From: Scenedesmus sp. PABB004
Lineage: Eukaryota
DNA length: 56,485 nt
Assembly: GCA_014905635.1 (NCBI GenBank)
Contig: JABVCE010000036.1
Coordinates: 248,001 to 304,485, forward strand
Direction of reading: 5' to 3'
The translations under genes and the position numbers were made by a program. Positions 1-10,880 of the stretch are shown here, in pieces. The notes under the pieces were generated by a model, which was not told where the DNA came from, ran no database searches, and was given only the letters and a program-made list of their open reading frames with translations. Within the stretch, counting starts at the first letter, position 1; each line of letters starts with the position of its first letter.

Positions 1-1657
1 CGCGGCGGCGCCCCCGTCACCCCTCCCCGGGACTCACGCTTGACCTCCCGGCTGGGCTTGTAAACCTCCTCCACCTCCAGCGGCGGCAGTGCCGCCTCGC
101 CGCCCGCCGCGGCGCCCCCTGCCGCCCCGGCGCCGCCCGGCGCGGCGCTCGCGCTCGCGCCGGCGGTCTTATAAGGCCTGTGTTCCTGCAGCAGCGCGTG
201 GCCGCGGTGCACGGCCGTCACGATGGTGTCGCCGCTGTGCTTGTCCTCCTTGGTGCTCAGCAGGCCCGCCCTGGCGTACGCCTGCGCGCGCGGCGGGAGC
301 GCGACTGGAGCGGTGCGCCGGCGGGCGGCCGCGGGCGGCGGCAGCGCCCGGGGCGCCCCGGGGCTCACTGCGAGGAACTTGGAGACTTTCTTGTGGCTGC
401 TGCGCTTGACGTCCAGCAGCGTGCCCGGCGGCCGCGAGGGCGTAATGTGCTGGCTCCACAGCCCCGCGCTCGGCAGCGGCAGGTCGCCGTCCTTCACGCT
501 CTTGGCCAGCGCCTGGCGGCCGCGGAGGCGGCGGCGGCGGCGCGACGCCCGGTGCGTGAGCAGCGCACCTGCCGCGGCGCAGCGGCCACAGGCGGCCGGC
601 CCGCACCTGCAGCAGCGCCAGCTCCAGGAGCTTGTCCATGTTGTCAGGCCACTCGCTGCCGGCCGCTGCCGCCGCCGCCACTGCTGCGCCGTCGCCCCCG
701 CCGGCCGGCTGCTGCGCGGGCTGCTCAGCACCGGCCGCCAGCGACAGCCCCGCCACGCCCGCCGCCGGCGCGCCCGCGCCGCTGTCGCTGTCGCCGCCGT
801 CGCTGTCCTCGGCCGCGGCGGCCGCCGCGGCCGCTTCCGCGCCGCCGGCGGCGACCAGCTCCGGCGGCACGACCAGGCCCGGCAGGAACCCGGGGTTGGG
901 CGTCTCGCCCCGGCCGAGGCCCGCCCACAGCGCGTCGCCGTAGAACTGAACCAGCTCCACCAGCCGCCCCCGCGGCGCCGCGCCCGCCGCCGCCGCCGCG
1001 GCCGCGTCGCTGGCCATCGCGGCGACGCCGACCGCGATGGCGCACGGGTTGCCCGGCACGGCGACGGCGAGCAGGTCGCCGGCCGCAAACGCGGGCAGGC
1101 TCTCCGGCTCCACGCCGGGCAGCATCACGTCCGCGCCTGCGCCGCGCGCCGCGGCGGGGCGAGCGTGGGCGCGGCCGCCTGCGCCGGCGCCCGCTGACGG
1201 CGCCGGCCGCCGCGCCGCTCTGCGCGCACCTTGCAGGATGAAGCGCGACACGGCGTGGTGCCGCAGCAGCACGACCGGCAGCGCGCCCGGCGCCGCCCAG
1301 AGCCCCATCACTGTTGGGCTGAGGTCACCCTTGCCGCTGGCGTCGAGAAGCACGGGGCGGCCGTCCAGCAGGTACAACACGGCGCGGCTCGGCGCGGGCA
1401 GCTTGGCGAGCTCCAGGTCGCCCGCCTTGGCGGGCAGCAGCGCCTCCAGGGCATCGCTGTCCGGGCCCAGGCGCAGCGCCCGCTCCAGCGACCTGCGGCG
1501 CGCGGCGCTGGGCACGCCGGGCGCGCGCGCCGCCGCCGCCGGCGCCGCCGGCGCTGCGACGGCCTGGCCGTCAGCCGTGCACGCACCGCCGGAGCTTCTT
1601 GCGGTCCGCGCCCGAGACCTTGTGCGTCTGGTTGACGGCAAAGGACTTCTTGAACAT
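1..1657 (-). CDS. EIF2D: Eukaryotic translation initiation factor 2D (ligatin-like; PUA domain), multi-exon, 3' part runs off the window start
   Basis: ATG at 1657 gives MFKKSFAVNQTHKVSGADRKKLRR. Later exons give PUA-region motifs (VSRFILQG/GADVMLPGV, AVAVPGNPCAIAVG, QFYGDALW) and a downstream segment (LDVKRSSHKKVSKFL). GT-AG introns are visible. Confidence 0.8.
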
Positions 1658-2224
1658 GTGGCACTGCTGCTGCGCCCCCCGCGTCAGCGGGAGGGCTGCC
1701 ACCGGCGCGCTGCGCCGCCGCTGCCGCCGGCGGCCGCTGCCGCTGCTGCCGCCGATGCTGGGAGGCGCTGCTGATCGCGGTGCGCGGTCGAACGCGCAGT
1801 GCACGTCACGGACTGCGACCGGGGAGCGCTGCTCTGAGCGGTGGTGCGCGGTGGCGGGAGAGTGCAGCGCAGCGCGCGCCGGACCGCCGGGGCTCAAGCG
1901 GCGACGCCGCCATGGGGGCCCGCCAGCGCCCACGATGCCGGACATTGCCCTCGTGACACAGCACAGGTGTGCGGCTGAAACAGGCCAGTCAACCGCCGCC
2001 GCGCGCTGCTGCTCCGCCGGTTGCGCCTCGCCGCGCCGCTCGCACGCGCCCGCTGGCCCGGCCGTGTGGCTCCTGTCAGAACTCCTGACGGACGCCCGCA
2101 TGCCCTGAGCGCGGCGCCGCAAGCGGCGCGGCCGCGCAGCGCCCGGGCGCCGGGCGCCGCGGGGCGCCGCTGCTGTCGGCGCGGCGCGCCCGGGCGGGCT
2201 CGCGCCTGCCGCCGCGGCGCTGCG

Positions 2225-5200
2225 ATGGCGTCCACGGAGGCGCTGCAGTACGCGGAGGCCCTGCGTCGCAGCCTCATGGACTCGCTGTTTGACGGCGAGG
2301 AGCTCGGCAGCGAGGGCGACGGCGACGACGGAGACGCCGACGCGCAGCTCGCCGCTGCGGCGGGCGGCCTCGGCGCCGCGGCCGGCGGCCCGGCCGGCGG
2401 CACGGGCGCGCTGGCGGCGCTGGGCGCGGAGCTCGAAGCGCTGTCGGGGCACGAGGTCGTGCGCCGCGTGCTGGACCAGGGCTGCGTGCCCAAGGAGTAC
2501 AGCGGCGACGTCGAGGCGCGCCTGCGCGCCCTGGAGCTCGAGTCAATCAGCGACTACATCGGGCAGAGCGACAACCTGGTGGCCCTCCACGACCAGGCGC
2601 GCGCCCGGGGCTTGCCTGGCGGCGGCAGCAGCCGGCCGCGGCGCCCGCGGCGCAGCGGCGGCGGCGCGGCCCGCCTGCCCGCCCGCCCACGCGCGGCCGG
2701 CGCCGCCGCTGCGCAGATCAAGCACTGCGACTCGATCCTCGAGCACATGGAGGGGCTGCTCGGCAGGTTCCAGGGCGACCTGGGGCAGGTCAGCGAGGAG
2801 ATCCGGGCGCTGCAGGTGCGGCGGCGCGGCGGGGCGACTGCGCACCCCGCCGCGGTCAGCAGCCGCGCCCGCGCCGCACCGCAGCGCGACGCGCGCCGTC
2901 GCCGCCGGCGCTGAGCCGCCGCCGGCCGCGCGGCGCGCTGGCCGCACCTGCGCACGCGCAGGTGCAGAGCCAGACGATGTCCACCAAGCTGCGCAACCGG
3001 CGCGCCGTGGAGGAGCGGCTTGGGCGCTTCCTTGAGTCTGTGGTGGTGAGCGAGGAGCTCATCGCCAGCGTGATGGACGCAGAGGTGGGCGCGGCGTGTG
3101 CTGGCGTGGGTGTGTTTGGAAAGGGACGCAGCGGCGCCGCGCGAGCGCGGCGCGTGACGGCCGCGCGTGCGGCGCCCTGCAGCCGGCGGGCGGCGCGCGG
3201 CGCCCTGAGCGCGTGCCCCGCCCCCGCCGTGCGGCCCAGGTGGACGAGGAGTACCTGGAGAGCCTGCTGCTGCTGGGGCGGCACATCGACTTCCTCGCGG
3301 CCAACAAGGAGGCCGCCGGCAGCGCGGCGGCGAGGGAGACCAAGGGCCTGCTCGACAAGCTGCGCGGCCGCGCCATCGCCAAGGCGCGGGCGGCGCAGCG
3401 GCGCGGTGCGGCCGCCCTGCTGGCCGCCGCGCTGGTCGCCGCCGACCGCCGGGCGTGCGCGCCCGCGCGCCGCCGCGCCCGCAGGTGCGCGACTTCCTGC
3501 TGGCCAAGCTCTCCTCGCTGCGCAAGGCCAAGACCAACATCTCCTTCATACAGACGCACGCGCTGCTCAAGTACAAGTACTTTGTGCGCTTCCTCGCGCA
3601 GCACGGGCCGGACGTGCACGCAGAGGTGTGGTGCGCCGCGCCCGCGCAGGCGCGCCCCCGCGCGCGCGGCTGCCCGCGCCGGATGCTGACCGCGCGGCGC
3701 GGCCGCGCCGCGCCAGCTGCGGTCCGAGTACGTGGGCGTGATGTCGCGCGTGCTGTCGGGGCACTTCCGGACCTACCTCTCCGCGCTGGACAAGATGGTC
3801 GCGCCCACCGCGGGCCCGGGCGACGTGCTGGGCCTGCCTGAGCCGCCGCCGAGCGGCGTCGCGGGCGGCGTGGGCAACGTGATGGCGCTCTTCGGCAAGC
3901 CCGGCGCCGGGCGGGGGCCCAACTCGGTGCGCGCGCGCGGCCGCGCGGCGCTGCGCGGCCGGCGCGCGCCCGGGGCAGCGACGCCGACGCCGCCGCCGAC
4001 ACCGCCGCCACCGCCGCGCCGCGCCGCGCCGCGCCGCACCGCGCGGTGCAGGAGCGCGTGTTTGAGCTGGGCGACCGCGTGGAGGTGCTGAGCAACGTCG
4101 ACGCGCCCGCGATCATCCCGCACCAGGCAGAGGTGGAGGGCAAGCGCTTCCCCTACGAGGCGAGGCGCCGCCGGCCGCGGCGCAGGCCGCCGGGGACGAG
4201 CAAGCCCCGCGCGCCGCCGGCAGGGCCCCCGCCTCACCGCCGCGCCGCGCCCCGCCCCCGCGCAGGCGATCTTCCGCAGCGTGCACAAGCTGCTCGCCGA
4301 CACGGCGTGCGCCGAGTTTCTGTTCTGCTGTGACTTTTGGGAGGACGAGGCCGCGTTCAAGGAGCTCTTTGCCCCAGTGGTCGCGCTCGTGGAGGGAGAC
4401 CTCGCGGAGCAGCTGCAGGCGCGCCGCGCGGCAAGCGGGGCGCGCGGCCGGCCCACTTGGAGGAGACGGGGCCGCGGCGCGCCGCGGCGCGGGCCCTGCC
4501 GCCGCGGCCGACGCGCGCCCGCGCCGCCGCCGCGCGCGCGCGTGCGCGGCGCGCAGTCGCAGCACGACGTGCTGTCGGTGCTGCTGATGATCCGGCTGGC
4601 CGCCGAGGCGCGGCGGCTCATGGCGGCGCGGCGCGTGCCCTGCCTGGACGACTACCTGGACCGCCTGAGCCTCGCGCTGTGGCCGCGCTTCAAGCAGCTC
4701 TTTGACGCGCAGGCCGCGAGCGTGCGCCCGGGCGTGGAGCGGTCGCTGTTCGGCGGCGGCGTCGAGGTCAACGGCCTCACGCGGCGCTACGCCGCGCTGG
4801 CGGCCTCCTGCCTCGCGCTCATGGCCGACCACGCCAGCGACGACAGTGCGCGCGCGCGGGCGCGGCGCGGCGCGCGGCGGGGCGCAGGGCGCGGGGCGGG
4901 CCGGGCAGCCGCGCGCCGCCGACCGCGCCGGCCAAGCGCCCGCCGCCGCGGCCGCGGCGCGCGGCGCGCCAGGCGTGTTCCGCGCGTCGTCCTTCTACGC
5001 GTCGCTGGAGCGGCTGTGGGCGGGCCTGTTTGACGCGCTGCTGCGAATGAGCAACATGTTCAAGGACAGGCGGTGCGGCGCGGCGGCGAGGCGCGGCAGG
5101 GAGGGGCAACGGGGCGGGCGGGCGGGTGCTGGCGCGGCGCCCTGCCCAGCCTCCGACCGCGCTCGGCCACACGCCGGCGCCCTCCACACGCCCCCGACCG

Positions 5201-6196
5201 CCACCTCGCACCCCCCCCCCCCCCCCACACACACACGCACGCACACACACACACACACGCACACACGCACACACACACAGGCAGGGCATCGTCTTCCTGC
5301 TGCTCAACTACAGCCACATACGGGCCACGCTCAGCGCGGCAGACGCGGCCGCCGCGGCGCGCATGGCCGGCAGCGCCGGCGGCGGCGCCGCGGCGCCCCA
5401 CGCGGGCGCCGCGCGCGGCGGGCTTGGCAGCGCCGGCGCGGCGGCGATCAAGGAGTGCGAGGTGCGGGGGGCGGGGAGGAGGGGAACCCAACGGGGCGGG
5501 GCGCCCCCCCCCCCCCCCGCGGCGTCCCGCCCCGCCCCGCGCCGGCCGCTCACGTCGCCGCGGTGCGTCGCCGCGCAGGACCAGCTGGCCGCGGTCACGG
5601 CGCTGTACGTGGAGGACCAGCTGGGCGGGCAGTTCAAGGAGCTGCTGGACTTCACGCGCAAGGCGGAGCAGGCGGCGAAGCGCGCCGCCGTGCCGGACGG
5701 CCAGCCCATCCCCGGTGCGAGCCCGACGGCGGCGCGCGGGCGCCGCCGGGACCGCGTGCGTGTGCGCGCGCGCGCCCACCCCGCCCGCGCTGCCGCCGCA
5801 GGCTTCGCGCCCGCGCAGGCGGCGCCACTGCTGCGCGACTTTGCTGGCCGCTGGCAGGGCGCGCTGCAGGCGATGCAGCGCGAGGTGGCGGCGCAGATCA
5901 CCGACCCCGGCTGTGCACGGGAGGTGCTGCAGGTGCGCGGCGGCGCGCCCGCGCCCGCGCGCCCGCGCCCGCGCGCGCAGTGCCCCGGCGCGCCAGCGGG
6001 GCCGCCACCCACCGCGCCCGCCGCGATCGCTGGCGCTGCTGCGCAGGCTGCGATGACGGCGCTGCTGCTGCACTACACGCGCGCGCTGGACCTGGTCAAG
6101 CGGCAGGGCCCCGAGGGCCTCGCGCTCGCGCGCGAGGCGGTCAACGTGCCCTCCATCATGTACGAGGTCAAGCGCATCACCAAGGGGCCCGCCTAG
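2225..6196 (+). CDS. VPS52: Vacuolar protein sorting 52 (GARP complex subunit), ~12-13 exons
   Basis: Spliced translation gives LELESISDYIGQSDNLVALHDQ-IKHCDSILEHMEGLLGRFQGDLGQVSEEIRALQ, KVRDFLLAKLSSLRKAKTNI, FPYEAIFRSVHKLL, VPCLDDYLDRLSLALWPRFK and IVFLLLNY, all typical of Vps52. Stop TAG at 6194-6196. Confidence 0.9.
5226..5279. repeat. (CA)n microsatellite preceded by a poly-C run, inside a VPS52 intron
   Basis: Directly visible. Confidence 0.9.
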
Positions 6197-6632
6197 GCGC
6201 GCCGCGCGGCGCCGGCGCCGCGCGGCGCCGGCGCTGCGCCGCTGGGCGGCGGCGCGCGTGGGGGCGGTTTTGGCAGCGAAGCTCGCGTAGTTCAATGGCG
6301 GCGCCGCGATGTGCAGAGCGCGTGCAAGTGCGGGCTGTGCGCCCGGAACGGCCGCCGCCGCCCGCGAGACCGCCTGCGCGCGAGGCCGCACCAACCGACG
6401 CCGACGGAGCGCTGGCAGCAGCGGCCGCCGCCGAGCACCGGCCTGCAGGCAGCGACTGATGCCGGGCGGGCCGCGCCGTCGATGCGGTGCCTGCCGCACC
6501 GAGGCCTGCGCGATCGGGTGGCAGCCGGCGCTCGACGGCCAGCCGGCGCGGCGGCGCGGCGAGTCGAGCGCAGACATCCAGGCGCCGTGCCGCGCGCCTG
6601 CTGCAGCCGCGCCCTCCCTCCTCCCAGCGTGA

Positions 6633-9087
6633 GTGCACAGCTGTCTGCTTGTCGGAGCGCAGCTGCGCGAGCCGGCCCGCCCCCCAACGACCTCGCCGCT
6701 GCTGCTGCCGCCGACGCCGACGCAGCCGCTCCGTGCGCGCGATGGGCGTGGCGGGGACCTGCCGTGCGGGCGCCCTGCAGCAGAAGGAGCGCCAGCGCGA
6801 CTCTCAGCCGGCGCTGTGCGGCACGGCGATGAGCACGGCGCGCCGCTGCAAGTCCGGCGTGCCGTCGTTGCCGGCGCCGCTGCCGCCGCCGCGGGGCCGC
6901 CGGAGAGCGGGGGCGGCGCGCGGCGGCAGCAGCAGCAAGATCAGCAGAAGCAGCAGCAGCAGCAGCAGCAGGAGGGTCAGCAGCAGCAGCAACAGCAGCA
7001 GCCAGGCGGGCAGGCGGCGCCAGCGCAGGGCCAGGCGCGGCTGCGGCAGCAGCTGAGGGCGCTGCTCGCAGAGCAGCGGCGCGGCCAGCCGGCGCTCAGC
7101 TCGGCGGGCCTGCGCGCCGCAGCAGGCGGCAGCACCGACCTGCTGCTGGCGCTGCTCAACAGCCAACTGCCGCTGCTGCTGGGTGACGCGGGCGCGACGT
7201 CGCCCGCGCTGGCGCCGCGGCGGCAGCGCGCGCTGCTGCGTGAGGCGCTGGTGTGCGTCGCGTGGCACGCGAGCACCCACGCGCTGCTGCCCGGCGAGGC
7301 GGGACGGCTGCAGGCGCTGCTGCTGGGGCGGCTGCTGCCCGCGCTGGCGCCGCACCTGCCCGCCACCAACCGCGCGGTGCTGGCGCGCGGCGTGTATGCG
7401 CTCGGCGCGACCTGGGCGGCGGCCTGGCCGCAGCAGCTGGCGCAGGAGCGCGAGCGCGGCGCCGGCGCGGCGGACGAGGGCGCGGCGGCGGCGGAGGAAG
7501 AGGAGGAGGAGGAGCAGCAGCAGGAGGAGGAGGAGGAGGAGCAGGAGGAGGAGGAGGCAGGCGAGGGCGGCAGCGGCAGCGGCAGCGAAGGCGACGCCGC
7601 GGCGGGCGCGAGGGAGGGCGCGCCCCGGCAGGGCGGCGCCGCCGGCCCGCCGCGCAGCAGCGCAGAGTGGGTGGCGGCACTGCTGCCGCTACTGCCGCCG
7701 GCGCGGCTGAGCCTGGGCGGGCTGCTGGCGACGTGGCAGGGCTGCGCGCTGCACGGCGTGTCGCCGCCGCGGCGCTGGCTGGCGGCGGCGAGCATGGCGG
7801 CGTACGGCGCGCTCGAGGCGGGGCGGCTCGAGCCCGCCGACGCCGCGGCCCTGCTGCAGGCGTGCGCCGCGCTGGAGTTCAGCCCGCCGGCGTGGCTCAT
7901 GCACGCGCTGGTCAAGGCCCTGCAGCAGCAGCTGCCGATGCTGCCGCCGGCGGACCTCGCGGGCGTGCTGACGGGCCTGCAGGCGCTGGGCTGGCGGCCG
8001 AGCAACACGTGGCTGCGGCTGTGGTGCGAGAGCTCCTCCCGCCTGCTGCGGGGCATGAGCGCGGCGCAGCTCGCGGGCGTGGCCGACGCGCTCGGCTGGG
8101 CGGGCTACGCTGCGCGGCCCTGGTGGGCGGCGCGGCTGTGGGACGCGAGCGCGCCCCTGCTGCCGTCGGCGAGCCCCGACGAGCTGCTCCTGCTCCTGCA
8201 CGCCTGCCTGGCGCTGCGCCTCGCGCCGCCGCGCGCGTGGCTGCACGAGGCGTTCTGCCACCTGCGCACGGCGCGGTCGCGCCTCGCGCTCAGCCAGCTC
8301 GCAGACGCGGCGCACGCGCTCGCGGGCCTCGCGCCACCCCCGGCGGCGCCGGCGCCGGCGCCGGCGCGCGCGCGCGGGGCCTCGGCGCGCACCACCGTGC
8401 CTGGCTCGCGGCCTGCCTGCGCGCGCGCGCGCCCGGCGACGCCGCGGCGCTGGGGCGGCCGGCGCTGCTGTATTGCCTCTACGGCGCGGCCAAGCTGCGC
8501 GTGTCGCCGGGCGGCGCAAACTGGCTGGACGCCGCGCTCGCGCGCCTCGGCGGCCTGCTCCCCGGCGCGAGCCCCGCCGAGCTGGTGGGCTGCTTCGTGG
8601 TGTTTGCACACTACGCCCGCGCCGCGGAGGCGCGGGCCGACGACGGTGCCGCCGCGCGCAGCAGCGGCGGCGGCGGCGCGGGGGCCCCGCCGCGCGCCGC
8701 CGCGGCGCCGCCGCGGGCGGCTGGCTGCTCGCCTGCCTCGCCGCAGCGGCAGGCTGCGCGGCTGAGTTCAGTGACGAGGGCCTGCTGCAGCTGCTGCTTG
8801 CCGCCGCCGACGTGGGGCTGAGCGGCGGCGAGGAGGCGGGCGCGGCGCCGGGCGGCGCCGCCGGCGGCAAGGCGGCGGCGGCAGCGGCGACGGCGTCAGC
8901 GGCGGCGGCGACCCACCTGGGCGCGCTGGCGGGGACGCTGGAGGTGCGGCTGCCGGGCATGAGCTTGACGGCGCTGTCGCGGCTGGCAAAGGCGCTGGAG
9001 GGCAAGCCGGGCGCGCGGGGGCGTGCGGGGGCCTGGTTTGCGCGGCTGCTGGGCGCGGTCAAGGCCGCCATGGCGGCGCGTGCGTGA
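6633..9087 (+). CDS. OPR-like (octotricopeptide/PPPEW-type) helical repeat protein; start uncertain, two apparent frameshifts
   Basis: Recurrent PxxxWL motifs at ~38-aa spacing (SPPRRWL, SPPAWLM, RPSNTWL, ARPWWA, APPRAWL) in Leu/Ala-rich helices. The plausible reading frame changes near 8350-8380 and 8680-8710. Confidence 0.5.
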
Positions 9088-9335
9088 GACGGGCGGCGGG
9101 GCAACGGGAGCGGCTGCTGCCGCGCGCGCGGGCCGGCGAGCGGGCCCCGGTCAGTCGCGCGCATCACGTGAGCTGCACGCCGCCGTGGCTGCGAGCTGCC
9201 GCAGCAGCCGCCGCAGCCGCGTGCGAGCGCGTCTGCCGGCGGCGCTGGTGTCAGCGCCACGATTGCGTCCGCGCACCCGCTGGGGGGTGGCGGCGCCAGC
9301 ACCGGTGAGCGCGCCCTGCAGCGGCGGTGCGCCAG

Positions 9336-10105
9336 GCGCTGCTGGCCACGTTTGCGCCGCCCGGCGTGGCCGGCGTGGTGGCGCCCGCGGTCGGCGAGCG
9401 CCGGCGCAGCCGGGGCTGGGCGCGCGTGTGGCTGCACGACGCCGCAGCGGCAGCAGCCGCGCTGGAGGCGCTGCAGGGGCAGCTGGTGCGCCGCGCGGCC
9501 AAGGGAGGGGGCCGGGGAGCAGCTGCAGGCGGTCGGTGCCCGCGCGCCGCGCCCGCCGCGCTGCGCCTGCGCTCAGCCGCGCCCGCTGCCCGCCCCAGGT
9601 GCTTGCGCCGGGCGCGCCGCCGGCGCAGCTGTCGTGGTGCGCTGGCCGCGCGGACGCGCTGTTCCCGAGCCTGCCTTTTGCGGTGCGCCGGCGACTGCGG
9701 CTGGACGCGGTGGCGGCGTTCAGCACGACCGACGGCCCCACCGCCGCTGCCATCGCCGCCCTCCTGGCCGCGCTGGCGCTCACCGCGCGGGGGGAGCCGG
9801 AGCAGCCGGAGCAGCAGCTGGAGCAGCAGCCGGAGCAGTCAGAGGAGCAGCAGCAGGAGCGGCGGCACGGCCAGCTGAGCGTCGCAGACCTCACCGCGTG
9901 CGCGGGCGGCAGCACGGCGGGCTTCCTCGGCTGCCCAGCGTTCGGCGCCGTCACGGCGCTGGAGCTGGACCCCGACCGCGCGGAGGACCTGGCCGCCAAC
10001 GTGGGGCTCCTGCTGGCGCACGCCGCGGCGGCGGGCCAGGCGGCGCAGCCTGGCGCCGAGGCGCCGCCGCAGCAGGCGGGCGACGCGCAGGCGGGCAGTG
10101 CGTGA
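9336..10105 (+). CDS. Putative RRM-like segment plus partial SAM-dependent (TGS1/cap guanine-N2-like) methyltransferase; boundaries uncertain
   Basis: RSRGWARVWLHDAAAAAAALEALQGQ is RNP1-like. After an intron ending at 9598 the frame gives LFPSLP..LRLDAVAAFSTTD and VADLTACAGGST..FGAVTALELDPDRAEDLAANV (motif I/II-like). No clear ATG and no DPPW motif seen. Confidence 0.4.
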
Positions 10106-10880
10106 AAAGGGCGGTCGGGCAGCGCAGTGGATCGATCGAGTGGGACGGCTGGGCGGCGTCAGCGGCGCTGGCGTGGGTCTGTGCAACTTGGTCTTTTGCA
10201 CGTGGGCGCTCGCACACCGCGCGCTCGCAACGGCCGCGCACGCACGCAGGCAGGCACGCAGGCAGGCGCGGCCACCCCAAAGCAACAGAAACTCGGCCTC
10301 GCTCACCCGGCGCGCGCGCGCCGTCGGTGCTGCCGCGCACAGATGACCCGCCGCATCCGCTGCCGCCGCCGCCGCTCAGCGCCGCAGGCGGGGCGCGGCG
10401 CCGAGCCAGCATGTCGGCCAGCGAGGTGGGCACGCCGGGAGCCTGACGAGCGCCAGCGCCGCGCCGGGCGCGCTACCCGCGCCCAGGCCCAGCAGGCCCG
10501 GCGCGACGCCCGCCGCCGCCGCCGACTGCCACTGCCACAGCTGCTGCGGCTGCTGCGCCGCCAGCGCCGCGCCGGGCGCGCCGCCCGCGCCCAGGCCCAG
10601 CGAGCAGTGGGTGGAGGAGCAGCGGCTGTACCAGCAGCTGCTCGACGCGGGGGAATGGAATGAGGACTGCGTTGTCGTGCGCGCCTGATGCGGCGGCGCG
10701 GTGTGGCTCCAGGGGTTGTGTTGTGCAACCGCAACTGTTATTCTGTTGCCCACGCCAGCCCTCAGCACGCCCTTCGCGCACGCCCGCTGCACGCCGCACT
10801 CTCCGCTGCCGGGTCCAGCCGCGCGGCAGCCGCCGGGCCGACACGGCTGCCACGCGCCCGCGTGCCGGCACACTCGCGCG

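Noticed and set aside
8340..8720. Programmed frameshifts or pseudogenisation in the OPR-like gene
   Set aside because: The shifts fall in low-complexity GC runs where assembly indels are likely; this cannot be resolved without reads.
10391..10688. Small gene containing a ~42-bp direct duplication
   Set aside because: No consistent start, splice structure or recognisable domain.
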